From: Sphingobacterium sp.
GTDB taxonomy: Bacteria; Bacteroidota; Bacteroidia; Sphingobacteriales; Sphingobacteriaceae
Direction of reading: 5' to 3'
DNA length: 64,000 nt
NCBI GenBank assembly: GCA_031253985.1
Contig: JAIRVH010000206.1
Location: 40,079 to 104,078 of the forward strand
Positions within the stretch are counted from its first letter, which is position 1. Each line of letters starts with the position of its first letter. Under the pieces are notes generated by a model. It ran no database searches, was not told where the DNA came from, and worked only from the letters and a program-made list of their open reading frames with translations. This document shows positions 1 through 10,080 of this stretch, piece by piece. Made by a program: the position numbers and the translations under genes.

Positions 1-1003
1 AACCAGATCCGTCCGATCCAAATAGGGCTCTATGACCACATCATCCGGTAAAGATTTCTGAATAGTTGGTAACTTTTCTTTCACCCGATTGACCACCTCA
101 TTACTATTTTCCCCCTTTAGCATCATGACGACACCGCCCACAGCGTCTACCTCTCCATTGTAGGTCAGGGCTCCATAGCGCACCGCATGACCAAAACGTA
201 CATCCGCAACATCTTTTACATAAATCGGTATAGATCCTGATTTGCGGATAGCAATATTTCTGACATCTTCCAAGGAGGTCGCCAGCCCAATTCCCCGGAT
301 AAAATAAGCATTCGGTTTTTTATCGATATAGGCACCACCTGTATTTTGGTTGTTTTTCTCTAAGGCAGTAAATATCTCTGGAATCGTGATATTCATCGCC
401 TTAAGTCTATTCGGATCAACAGCCACTTCATACTGTTTAAGCTCACCGCCAAAACTATTGACCTCTGCAATCCCGGGTGTTCCATAAAGCTGACGGGCAA
501 CTATCCAGTCCTGCATGGTCCGCAGATCCTTTGCATTGTATTTTTTTTCACTTCCTTTTTTGGGATGGATAATATATTGGTATACTTCTCCCAGTCCAGT
601 ACTTACCGGAGCCAGCTCAGGTTTACCAATACCTTGTGGAATCTGATCCACCGCTTCTTTTAAACGCTCACCAATTAGCTGACGGGCAAAGTAAATATCC
701 ACGTCGTCGTCAAAAACAACAGTAATGACAGAAAGTCCAAAGCGTGAAATACTCCTGATCTCTTCGATTTTCGGAACGGTTGCGATGCTTTGCTCAATTG
801 GAAATGTAACCAATTGTTCAACTTCCTGTCCGGCTAACGTTGGACAGGAAGTAAAGATCTGCACCTGATTATTGGTAATATCGGGAACGGCATCTATTGG
901 CAGTTTCGTCGCACTCCATGCCCCCCAAATGATAAGCAACAAGGTCATTATACCGATAACGATCTTGTTCTTAATGCTAAATTTTATAATATGATCTAAC
1001 ACA
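1..1003 (-). CDS. CzcA/CusA-family heavy-metal efflux RND transporter, N-terminal part (gene runs off the window start)
   Basis: Absent from the ORF track because it is open at the window edge. My minus-strand translation from GTG at 1003 reads VLDHIIKFSIKNKIVIGIMTLLLIIWGAWSATKLPIDAVPDITNNQVQIFTSCPTLAGQEVEQLVTFPIE..., the typical N-terminus, TM1 and periplasmic loop of HME-RND pumps. Confidence 0.8.
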
Positions 1004-1153
1004 ATATACGTGATTAATGCTTAACTAATAGCTCGTTAGAATAGCTCATCTCTTGTCGTAATACAATAGAACAAGCGTATCCCGAGCACAAAGCTGAAAA
1101 AGAACAGCATAGCATGCTCCTATCAGATTTGTTTCTAGAATTTTTACGAAAAA

Positions 1154-1483
1154 TTAAGCATTAACTTTTGGCGGCTGCCAGATGCTTCCAAGATAACTGG
1201 TGACAATCGCTGTGTTAAGGACAGGATTACGAGTGTCCAAATAAATTGATACCGGAACACTATCTATTTGCGGAAATTGATACGCATAAGCCGTTATATT
1301 TCCACTACAACAATTACAATAGCAGAAAATAGAACAGGCATCGGATGCGTCATCACTGTGGTTATGTGCTTGGTTTAATTGTGTTTCCATAGCAGTCTGG
1401 TCACAGCGATTGGTAGAATCACTGCAGGGAACAAAAGAAAGTCCCATAATATATGCTATCAATATGAAAACAATTAATCTCAT
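1154..1483 (-). CDS. small secreted Cys/His-rich protein (DUF6660-like), upstream of the RND pump
   Basis: 109 aa with a hydrophobic N-terminus, then HNHSDDASDACSIFCYCNCCSG. Same strand as the czcA-like gene and 150 nt upstream of it. Family name is from memory. Confidence 0.6.
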   Translation of the reverse strand: MRLIVFILIAYIMGLSFVPCSDSTNRCDQTAMETQLNQAHNHSDDASDACSIFCYCNCCSGNITAYAYQFPQIDSVPVSIYLDTRNPVLNTAIVTSYLGSIWQPPKVNA

Positions 1484-1971
1484 GGATACGCAAATTTAAA
1501 AAAAATAAATTGAAATCTGCGCTTAGCCCCAGAAATCTATTGTTTAGCATCCACTCCTGTTCTTCCTCAAAAATAATCGAACAACTGTGCGCAAACGAGC
1601 ACTTTTCCCACCCTTTAAACCACATAAAAACGCATAATCACACACAAGACTAGGGATTCGCTTTGAAATTAACTATTAATACATTTTTATTCAAATAAAA
1701 CCAATTGTAATTAACAGAAAAATAGATAAAAACGTGTTTAAACAACATTAAAACAAGAAATGGCACTATTGTAGATATTTCTCTACAAGAAAAATAAGAT
1801 AACACAAACACACAATGTTAAGTGAAATGCTATTTATATAATTGCATCGATAAAAAACAACAGCAATAAAAAAGCAATGGTATACCATTTTTAATTACAA
1901 ATCGGCATACAACTGCAAATATGACTTACGACAAAATCAATAACGAAATCAAAAATCAATAACAAAACAAA

Positions 1972-3591
1972 ATGTCAATTAACATGAATCTAATCCCTCA
2001 TCACCGACTGACGAACCTGCTCATGCTGGGCTGCAGCGCTTTTGCACTTAGTCTCTACTCTTGTAACAAAAGCGGAGAGAACACCGCGTTAACAGGAGAA
2101 ACTGTCGTTAAAATCAACCTATCAGGCGTAGAAGCCTACAATGAATCCGACAATAATGCGGTTCAGAAGCAAGCTTCCGCTGGCTCCTCACATGCATCAA
2201 GCAGTGCACCTGATGTACAGGAAATGACCGTACCATTGGAAAATGGAGGCTCCATTGACGTTGTTCTAACAAATAGTTCAGCCGTCACAAAAAGCCTGGT
2301 TGCCTCATCTAACCCCAAACTGGCCGCCGCTCAAACCATAGAGAAGCCATTAGACAAAAATGTCAAGTATAAAGTTGTTGTTTATGACAGCCAAGGAGCC
2401 TACGTAACAGAAAAGACGTATAATTATGGGGAGGAAGCAACTGCTGCAGGTATTGTTCTTGATGCCGGAAAGTCTTATACCTTTATTGCTTATTCAATCA
2501 ATAGCACAACAGCTTTACCGAGCATTAACAATCAAAACACTTTATCAACAGCAAGCTTAAATAATGTTAGCGGCGACTTAATGTATTTCACAGGTACTTT
2601 GACGCTAAAAAATGGTGTAAACAACTTAAATGTTGTATTGAAACACAGATTTAGCCAAATCACCACAACATTGACCATGGACCCAAGCATGACCGGAGCG
2701 ATCACTCAAATCGGAACTGCCGTATTAAAACCGAGTCACAATAGTGCAAATTTAAATTTCGCAGACCAAACACTAACGTACAACGGTTTGAACAATGCTG
2801 GTGTGACCGCACAATTTCCGGCTTTAGGAAATGGTCTACGTACGGTGATCAGCAATCCGGCCTTATTGATCCACCCGACAACCAGCAACGGAACATTGAT
2901 GCTTGGTAGTCTAACCCTTGATGATGAAACCAAAACGAACATCAGCATTCCAAATGTAAAGATCAATCCTGGACAAAAATACGACCTGAAACTTAACTTC
3001 AGAACCTGTACACAAGATGTAACCAGTGATGGCTTAAACTGGAGCTACCCTGCAACAACATCAGGCGGCAAAACAGGCATTATGAAAGATGGCAAATTCT
3101 ATCCAAATGGAACTGCCATCGACAGAAGCTTCACTGCGCCAGCAGCAGACTATGGTTTTGTCTTCGACATTACCGAATTGGACAATGCATTCAATTTGGA
3201 AGTTAACGGTGTGAAACTGGCTAAACAGGAAATTCAATTTCAATCCAATGCAGTGGCCTCTACACAGAATGTTCAGTTTGCAGATGGTAGCAAATACGCG
3301 GGTAACAATATCGAAAACAACAAAAGAATCGACGAGGTTTACAACATGAAAGGTACAAGCAGCGCCCCGTTAGTTAAGGTGGTGATCAGCCGGACTGGAC
3401 AGGTCACTCTGTTTGGTAGCAAAACATCCGGCGGACCTCTTTATGAACTTAAACTCTTCAATGGAAACAGCTTCAATACGTTCCCTTGGAGCGCGACACA
3501 AAGCAACACCGTAAAAGTAACCCAGCTCGTTGATGGACGTACAATTATTAAAGGTGTAGGTGCAGGAAAGAAGAAAATCCCTTGCCAATAA
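1972..3591 (+). CDS. fimbrillin-like surface lipoprotein with an extra C-terminal beta-rich domain
   Basis: 539 aa with a lipobox (LSLYSC). The block VVLKHRFSQITTTL and the Asn/Thr-rich beta composition resemble Mfa/fimbrillin-like (type V pilin) proteins. The last ~190 aa (FVFDITELDNAFNLEVNGVKL...) look like a separate jelly-roll domain. The gene is solid; the family call is tentative. Confidence 0.5.
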   Translation: MSINMNLIPHHRLTNLLMLGCSAFALSLYSCNKSGENTALTGETVVKINLSGVEAYNESDNNAVQKQASAGSSHASSSAPDVQEMTVPLENGGSIDVVLTNSSAVTKSLVASSNPKLAAAQTIEKPLDKNVKYKVVVYDSQGAYVTEKTYNYGEEATAAGIVLDAGKSYTFIAYSINSTTALPSINNQNTLSTASLNNVSGDLMYFTGTLTLKNGVNNLNVVLKHRFSQITTTLTMDPSMTGAITQIGTAVLKPSHNSANLNFADQTLTYNGLNNAGVTAQFPALGNGLRTVISNPALLIHPTTSNGTLMLGSLTLDDETKTNISIPNVKINPGQKYDLKLNFRTCTQDVTSDGLNWSYPATTSGGKTGIMKDGKFYPNGTAIDRSFTAPAADYGFVFDITELDNAFNLEVNGVKLAKQEIQFQSNAVASTQNVQFADGSKYAGNNIENNKRIDEVYNMKGTSSAPLVKVVISRTGQVTLFGSKTSGGPLYELKLFNGNSFNTFPWSATQSNTVKVTQLVDGRTIIKGVGAGKKKIPCQ

Positions 3592-3687
3592 TCTATAAAC
3601 AGGTCAATAATAAAAAAATTTAAAATTTGCCGAGAATAGCGGTACAAAATTCAGTAAACGTAAATCAGCAAGCATAAAAAAGATATT

Positions 3688-3858
3688 ATGAAAAAGAAAT
3701 TAGCATACATCGCCCCAAAAGTCAACACGACTATGATCGAACTTGAACAAGGTATTGCTGCGGGTTCCGCATACGCCAGACCCGAAGATGCCAACAGCGG
3801 CAAGGTCAGCGAACAATGGGAAGCAGGTTCATCGGACAACAGAAATATCGACTGGTAA
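3688..3858 (+). CDS. 56-aa small ORF (below the ORF-track cutoff)
   Basis: ATG at 3688, TAA at 3856. Reads MKKKLAYIAPKVNTTMIELEQGIAAGSAYARPEDANSGKVSEQWEAGSSDNRNIDW. A strong terminator follows immediately, and the ORF is co-oriented with the upstream lipoprotein gene. Confidence 0.45.
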   Translation: MKKKLAYIAPKVNTTMIELEQGIAAGSAYARPEDANSGKVSEQWEAGSSDNRNIDW

Positions 3859-3880
3859 ACCATTTCCAATAGCGAATAAA

Positions 3881-3921
3881 AAAGAAAGCCGACTTTTATA
3901 TAAAAGTCGGCTTTCTTTTTT
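3881..3921 (+). terminator. rho-independent terminator
   Basis: Near-perfect palindrome aaagaaagccgactttta/taaaagtcggctttcttt followed by a T-run. Confidence 0.8.
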
Positions 3922-3978
3922 ATAGTGGGCTTGATTCCCATCGCAACACCGGATCAAAAATCCGACCCGATGCAACAG

Positions 3979-5145
3979 TTACAGAATAGCCTGTAGACGT
4001 TGCGGAAAGTCCTCGATCTTTGAAAGGCTTAATTGTTTCATAACCTGATACAAATGCGTTTTGAACATGTTGATGGTATGCTCCCCGCCTTCATTACCTA
4101 AAGCTCCCAAACCATACATAAATGGTCTTCCCATAAAATTAAAATCTGACCCAACAGCATGGGCACGTGCCAAATCAACCCCCGAACGGATACCACCGTC
4201 CAGCATAATTTTTATTTTCTTTTTATATTCAGGATTACTGGCCAAATGAATCAATGAGTTGATCGAAGACTCACTTGCATCAAGTTGTCGTCCACCATGA
4301 TTTGATACGATTACGCCATCAACGCCCAAGGCAATGGAAGCCTGCATATCTTCATCCGTAGCAATCCCTTTAAGCACCAAAGGTCCTTTCCACAGATCCC
4401 GAATAGCCTTAATTTTTTCAACATCCACTTTACCAGTAAATGTTCTATTCATAAATTGTCCCAACTGCGCCAAATCAAGCCCTTTTTCCATGTAAGGCTT
4501 CAATGTCGCAAAGGATGGGATCCCGTGTCTTAATGTTTCTATCCCCCAAGTCGGACATGCAAAAGTTTGCAATATATTGCCAATACTCATTTTAGGCGGC
4601 ATAGACAAACCGCTTTTGATTTCGCGATAGCGAAGTCCAAAAGCAGGGACATCAACCAATACAACCAACACAGGACATTCAACCGTCTGTAAACGTTTTA
4701 TAATATCATCCCGTAGTCTATTTTCTGTCGGATGATACAGCTGAAACCATGCCTTGCCATCGGATACTTCGGCAATACGTTCGATACTGCTCGTTGAAAC
4801 GGTGCTCAAAATATAGGGAATATCATTCTTTGCTGCCGCTTTCGCAAGAATCTCCGGTGCATTCGGCCACATCAATCCCTGAAGTCCAATAGGTGAAACA
4901 CCAAAAGGTGCGCTATAACGACGACCGAATAATTCGACAGAAAGGTCTATCTCTTCACTGGCAAGCAAATATTGCGGCTTCAACAGAATATTATCAAAAT
5001 CGTTCTCGTTTCTGGCAAGATTCAGTTCTTCATTTGCCCCTCCGGTCAAATAATCAAATGCAAATTTGGGAATCCTTTTCTTCGCTTTAATCTTTAGATC
5101 TTCAACAGAAGGATAACGTGTATTGTATATAAATTTCTGGCTCAT
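3979..5145 (-). CDS. FMN-dependent alpha-hydroxy-acid dehydrogenase (L-lactate dehydrogenase / glycolate oxidase family)
   Basis: 388 aa. SNHGGRQLD motif, TIM-barrel FMN family layout, last gene of the fucose cluster. Confidence 0.8.
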   Translation of the reverse strand: MSQKFIYNTRYPSVEDLKIKAKKRIPKFAFDYLTGGANEELNLARNENDFDNILLKPQYLLASEEIDLSVELFGRRYSAPFGVSPIGLQGLMWPNAPEILAKAAAKNDIPYILSTVSTSSIERIAEVSDGKAWFQLYHPTENRLRDDIIKRLQTVECPVLVVLVDVPAFGLRYREIKSGLSMPPKMSIGNILQTFACPTWGIETLRHGIPSFATLKPYMEKGLDLAQLGQFMNRTFTGKVDVEKIKAIRDLWKGPLVLKGIATDEDMQASIALGVDGVIVSNHGGRQLDASESSINSLIHLASNPEYKKKIKIMLDGGIRSGVDLARAHAVGSDFNFMGRPFMYGLGALGNEGGEHTINMFKTHLYQVMKQLSLSKIEDFPQRLQAIL

Positions 5146-5243
5146 GATTGATGTATTGTTTATAAACAGTTTTTAACTGCGCGCCAAACTTAGAAAAATT
5201 GCTTTTTAAATGCAAGATAATTATAACGAATATAAAAAATCGG

Positions 5244-6014
5244 CTAGATATTTCTGCGGTACCCCAATTCTGCTCCCCCACTTACGGGTAAATTTACACC
5301 GGTGATAAAACGCGCTTGGCTGGACAGCAAAAATACGCAGGCATCGGCGATCACGTCGCCTTCAGGACAATAGCCCAGTAGATGTATATCTTTCAAAAAA
5401 TCAAAAACCTGTGCCGGCCGAGGCTGTTCCAGTGTCCATTTGTTGAGCATGGGCGTCATAACAGCAGCTGGCATAACTGAATTAACACGAATACCGACAG
5501 CCGCATAGTCTATCGCCATTGATTTTGTGAGCGCGTTGACAGCACCTTTCGTAGCTGCATAGGCTGCGTGATTTTCCTGACCTATATCCCCTACTAAACT
5601 GCTGGTGTTTAAAATGCAGCCCCCTGACTCTTTTAAATAGGGGTAACCATATCTCGTTGTCAATAGAATACTCTTCATGTTGGTATCCAGCAACTTGCAC
5701 CATTCATCGTCTGTTGTTTCATGCAAAGGTTTTGATGGACTCGCCAGACCAGCATTATTATGGATTGCATCAATCCGGCCGAAAACAGCAACCGTCTGCT
5801 GGATCGCCAAATCAACCTCCCGAGCCTGCGTCACATCCGCACAGATCCCGATATGCGGCCTGCCGATCAATTCGCTTACTTCATTAACCGACGCTTGATC
5901 GATGCCAATAAAGGCCACCTTCGCCCCCGCTTTGACATAGGCTTTTACACATTCCAAACCGATTCCGGCACTTCCGCCGGTGATCAATATTATTTTATCA
6001 TCTAAGGTTTTCAC
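5244..6014 (-). CDS. SDR-family oxidoreductase (candidate 2-keto-3-deoxy-L-fuconate or L-fucose dehydrogenase)
   Basis: 256 aa. TGGSAGIG cofactor motif and YAATKGAV catalytic YxxxK. The specific substrate is inferred from context only. Confidence 0.8.
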   Translation of the reverse strand: MKTLDDKIILITGGSAGIGLECVKAYVKAGAKVAFIGIDQASVNEVSELIGRPHIGICADVTQAREVDLAIQQTVAVFGRIDAIHNNAGLASPSKPLHETTDDEWCKLLDTNMKSILLTTRYGYPYLKESGGCILNTSSLVGDIGQENHAAYAATKGAVNALTKSMAIDYAAVGIRVNSVMPAAVMTPMLNKWTLEQPRPAQVFDFLKDIHLLGYCPEGDVIADACVFLLSSQARFITGVNLPVSGGAELGYRRNI

Positions 6015-6070
6015 GTTCTATTATTCTTGTATTTAGTATCAAGTTCCAAAGAATCGGAACATTTAAAAAA

Positions 6071-7714
6071 TCAGTTGAAAATTACATATAAAATCACGAC
6101 AATAGCGAGCAGCAATGCCGACAAAATACGGTAATTTCCTATACCCGGCCAAGCTTTTCCCCGAAGCGGATCTATGGGGCTCTTCCAATACAAATCCCGA
6201 CTTTGCACAGTATGCTGCACGGGATACACATACGAGAGTAATACCTGAATTATCATACAGACCAAAAATAAATAGAAAGCCATCATCATGAAGGGGGTCT
6301 GGCCTATCCAGGAATCCGGCATTAGTTTATTCAGTACAAATACAGCGATCCCCAGAACAGATCCGATCCATAAGGTCAGTTTCGCGGATATTGCAGACGC
6401 TCTTTTCCAAAAGACACCTAAAAGAAATACACAGGTTATGGGTGGAGCAATATGCGCAATTACATCATTTATACCATTAAAAATGCTCTCATAGCGATCC
6501 AGCAGCGGCAAAAGAGCTAAGGAAAAGCCCATCGCAATGACTGCGGCAATTTTCCCGATGCGGATTAATTGCTTATCGGAAGCGGCAGGCCGCCGCTGTT
6601 TAAAAATATCGTAGCTTACCATGGTCGAGATGGAGTTTAAAGCACCCGATATCTGACTCATTAAACCCGATAAAAGCGCTGCAACCAACACACCGACCAG
6701 TCCTGAAGGCAGCAGCTGTGTAATCATTAAGGTATAGATACCCTTTGAATTGATCTGCCCCTGACTATCCACCCCCAGACTGCTTAAATCCAATTGCCCT
6801 GTTTTAAACAAGGTATACGCAAATAGACCGGGAAGCACAAATATAAAAACAGGCAAAATTTTCAGGAAGCCACAAAAAAGAGCTCCCACACGCCCGTGAT
6901 TTTCATCCTTCGCCCCCAAAACACGTTGCACAATCGTCTGATCGGCGCACCAGTACCAGATGCCCAGAATCGGATAACCAAATAATACCGCATACCAGGG
7001 CATTCCGCTTCCATCGCTGCCGCTGCGAAGCATCGATAGACGTTCCAATGCATTCCCCTTTAACAGTTCAGCTTTCATCGGCATCCAGCCACCCATTTTG
7101 TCAAAAGCAGCAAAACTGATAATAAAAGCCCCTGCCAGCAATACAATCGTCTGAATAGATTCTGTCACGACAACAGCACGCAAACCACCTAGTATTGTAT
7201 ATATTCCGGTAATCATACAGATCATGGTAATACTCAGATACATATTAAATCCAAAGAGCGTGCGCAGTACAATTCCGCCGGCCAGCATCGAAAAAGCAAT
7301 ATGAATAACAATTGCCGATAATATTGAGATCAATGTGAGCCAATCCCGGCTGGCACGGTCATAGCGCCGTTCCAGAAAGTCGGGCAAGGTGGCAACACCC
7401 GATTTAAGATAAAACGGAACAAAAAACAAGGCTAGTAAAACCAGGGTAAAGGCAGCCATCCATTCAAAGTTGCCATTAAGCAGGCCTGTATCAAAACCGC
7501 TTTGCGCCAGACTGACCAGATGCACCGTTGAGATATTGGTCGCAAACAGCGCTAGCCCAATGGCCGGCCACCGGAGTGTCTTTCCAGCCAAAAAATACCC
7601 CTCAGCGCTTGTTTCCTTCACTTTCTTAAATCGTCCCGAGCCAGCCAATACCCCGACAACCAAAATCAACATAATATAAAAGATGGCGATACCTAAATCT
7701 AAATTTCCTAACAT
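6071..7714 (-). CDS. sodium:solute symporter (SSS family)
   Basis: 547 aa, about 13 hydrophobic segments, N-terminal GYFLAGK-type motif (EGYFLAGKTLRWP). Confidence 0.85.
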   Translation of the reverse strand: MLGNLDLGIAIFYIMLILVVGVLAGSGRFKKVKETSAEGYFLAGKTLRWPAIGLALFATNISTVHLVSLAQSGFDTGLLNGNFEWMAAFTLVLLALFFVPFYLKSGVATLPDFLERRYDRASRDWLTLISILSAIVIHIAFSMLAGGIVLRTLFGFNMYLSITMICMITGIYTILGGLRAVVVTESIQTIVLLAGAFIISFAAFDKMGGWMPMKAELLKGNALERLSMLRSGSDGSGMPWYAVLFGYPILGIWYWCADQTIVQRVLGAKDENHGRVGALFCGFLKILPVFIFVLPGLFAYTLFKTGQLDLSSLGVDSQGQINSKGIYTLMITQLLPSGLVGVLVAALLSGLMSQISGALNSISTMVSYDIFKQRRPAASDKQLIRIGKIAAVIAMGFSLALLPLLDRYESIFNGINDVIAHIAPPITCVFLLGVFWKRASAISAKLTLWIGSVLGIAVFVLNKLMPDSWIGQTPFMMMAFYLFLVCMIIQVLLSYVYPVQHTVQSRDLYWKSPIDPLRGKAWPGIGNYRILSALLLAIVVILYVIFN

Positions 7715-7723
7715 AACGTCAAC

Positions 7724-8944
7724 TTATAACAAATCACAACTGCTTCCCACATCCATCGGGGTACGATAAACTCCACTTTCTATTGATACGGGATGTAAAA
7801 AATGAGGCTTTAAATGCGGAATATGCTCTAAAAATAAGGCCTCATGCCCAAGGCTGATGTGGTTAAACAAAACAAGATGCTGATGCAGCTGCCCCATGTC
7901 ACCGACATGGGGTACAACGGGAATATGATATTTTCGAGCGAGTAAACTCACTGAAATAAACTCGCTCACGCCGCCGACTCGAACGGCATCCACCTGTATA
8001 AATCCTGTCGCCCCCATTTGAAGATAATTTTTAAACAGAATGCGGTTCGGCACATGCTCCCCCATAGCCACTTTAATCGGCGCAATGCGCTCGGCCAATA
8101 TCTTATGGCCAACAATGTCGTCTGGGTGTGTCGGCTCCTCTACCCAAAAAGGGTTCATCTCTTTCAGCTCTTGACAGATAGAAAGCGCCTGCGGAAGGGT
8201 CCATTGCTGATTTGCATCCAGCATCACTTTAGCTTCATCGCCGGCGACCTCCCGTACGATATGTGCGCGGCGGATATCCCGCAATGGATCTTCGCTGCCC
8301 ACTTTGAGCTTCATTGCAGAAAAACCATTGTCGATAGCACGCCTGCAATTGTCACGCACTTTTTCATCTGAATAGTTAAACCAGCCGACCGATGTGTCGT
8401 AGCCAGCATATCCTTTTTCAATAATCCCCATTCTTTCAGAAGACGTTGAGATATTAGAATCCAACAGGCTGATGGCCTCTGCCTTTGTCAACTCATCTTC
8501 CAAATAGGAAAGATCCAGCGTATTGACAATCTCTTCGGCGCTGAGATCTGTCAGAAGCTTCCACAGCGGAATTCCTCTCGTTTTGGCCCAAAGATCAAAA
8601 CAGGCATTTGTTACCGAAGCTAAGGCCAAATGAACGATCCCTTTATGCGGACCTAACCAGCGAAACTGCTGTTCGTTGCTCAACTGATTAAACAACCGAC
8701 CAAAATCTGCCATCAGATCCTCAATTGGAATACCCTTCAACCGTTCGGCATAAAAAGCTGCGGCGCGACAGACCAGCTCATTTCCCGCACCCAGTGTAAA
8801 AGCCAGACCTGTGCCTACACGCCCCTGATCATCTACCAATCGCGTCACAGCATATGAATACACCGGGTCCTTGTGTATCGCATCACTGCCCGCACCGGTA
8901 GCCAAAGGAAATCTCCGATCCTGAATATCAAACGTCTTTATCAT
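7724..8944 (-). CDS. enolase-superfamily dehydratase, L-fuconate dehydratase-like
   Basis: 406 aa. N-terminus DRRFPLATGAGSDAIHKDPVYSYAV resembles FucD. KLKVG, MLDANQQW and VEEP metal-ligand blocks are present. Confidence 0.75.
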   Translation of the reverse strand: MIKTFDIQDRRFPLATGAGSDAIHKDPVYSYAVTRLVDDQGRVGTGLAFTLGAGNELVCRAAAFYAERLKGIPIEDLMADFGRLFNQLSNEQQFRWLGPHKGIVHLALASVTNACFDLWAKTRGIPLWKLLTDLSAEEIVNTLDLSYLEDELTKAEAISLLDSNISTSSERMGIIEKGYAGYDTSVGWFNYSDEKVRDNCRRAIDNGFSAMKLKVGSEDPLRDIRRAHIVREVAGDEAKVMLDANQQWTLPQALSICQELKEMNPFWVEEPTHPDDIVGHKILAERIAPIKVAMGEHVPNRILFKNYLQMGATGFIQVDAVRVGGVSEFISVSLLARKYHIPVVPHVGDMGQLHQHLVLFNHISLGHEALFLEHIPHLKPHFLHPVSIESGVYRTPMDVGSSCDLL

Positions 8945-8992
8945 AAAGTCTTAACGTACTTGTTTTTAGTGTCTAGGTTAATCTATTTTGAA

Positions 8993-10039
8993 CTATAACT
9001 TTAGTCTTTCTTTTAATTGAAGCAAAACGGAAACATCCGAATCTTTTATACGCCCGTCACGATTTGGGCCAACGTTAAGGATCAGGATATTATCCTGTGC
9101 TGTTGCGGTCTGATAGATCGCCACCAGTTCTTCCAGCGTTTTATATTTCTTATCCGTGGTATTATAAAACCAACGCTCTCCGAGCACTACCGTTGTTTCA
9201 AAAGGCATGTAATAGGTATTTCCTTGCGCCATGAAAAGTTTGGGGTCTGGATCTACCGGAAGATAGGGATCGCCCAGCCTAAAATCGCTCGGAAAATAGC
9301 GTATTGGAAAATAGTTCTGCTGGTCCTTTGGAAGGACAATATGTTTATCTGTGTTATCAGGAGCTCCGATACTCCAGTTTATACCTACCTGACATCCGGG
9401 AACCTTTTTCTTGATTAAACTGTAGATCTCCTGTACCGGCCATCTGTAATTTTCTTTTTCCCAACCGCCATCCAGCCAAAGTTCAACGATATCTGTATAC
9501 TTCTTGGTAATATCCACCAGCTCATTCAGCTGGTTCAACAGATATTGATTATATGCTGCATCTGCAGACTTGTCTTTTACATTGGGGTTCTGCTTACGGT
9601 CCCATAAGGAATAATACAAACCGAGACGAATCCCCTGTTTAGCACATTCTTTAGCCAGTTCCTGCACAACATTTGTTGTGTTTGACGAATTTGCCACATC
9701 ATAATCGGTATACTTACTATCCCATAAGCAAAAACCTTCATGATGTTTCGTTACCAAGATCATATACTTCATTCCGGCGGCCTTTGCTGTCGATACCCAT
9801 TGTTTAACATCAATGGAAGAAGGCGAATATGAGCTAGCGGGTTTAGATCCATCAGTCCACTCTTGATCATGAAATGTATTCATGCCAAAATGAACGAACA
9901 TACCATATTTTCGGTCAATCTGCTCCCGCTGATAGGCATTTGGCTCCCTGGATGGAAATGGTACAACAGTCTTTATCTGGGCACTGAGCGTTGCTCCCCA
10001 AGCTGCCAGGACCAAACTGAACAATAGTTTTTTATTCAT
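8993..10039 (-). CDS. alpha-L-fucosidase, GH29, secreted
   Basis: 348 aa with a signal peptide. GMFVHFGMNTF and VTKHHEGFCLWDS motifs. Confidence 0.85.
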   Translation of the reverse strand: MNKKLLFSLVLAAWGATLSAQIKTVVPFPSREPNAYQREQIDRKYGMFVHFGMNTFHDQEWTDGSKPASSYSPSSIDVKQWVSTAKAAGMKYMILVTKHHEGFCLWDSKYTDYDVANSSNTTNVVQELAKECAKQGIRLGLYYSLWDRKQNPNVKDKSADAAYNQYLLNQLNELVDITKKYTDIVELWLDGGWEKENYRWPVQEIYSLIKKKVPGCQVGINWSIGAPDNTDKHIVLPKDQQNYFPIRYFPSDFRLGDPYLPVDPDPKLFMAQGNTYYMPFETTVVLGERWFYNTTDKKYKTLEELVAIYQTATAQDNILILNVGPNRDGRIKDSDVSVLLQLKERLKL

Positions 10040-10080
10040 GGTTATCTTGTTTTGTTAATTACAGAATTCATTCGCTGACG

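Noticed and set aside
3651-3941. 96-aa minus-strand ORF and 60-aa plus-strand ORF (3743-3925) over the small-ORF/terminator region.
   Set aside because: Both read through the palindromic terminator. The 56-aa plus-strand ORF that ends before the hairpin is the more parsimonious gene.
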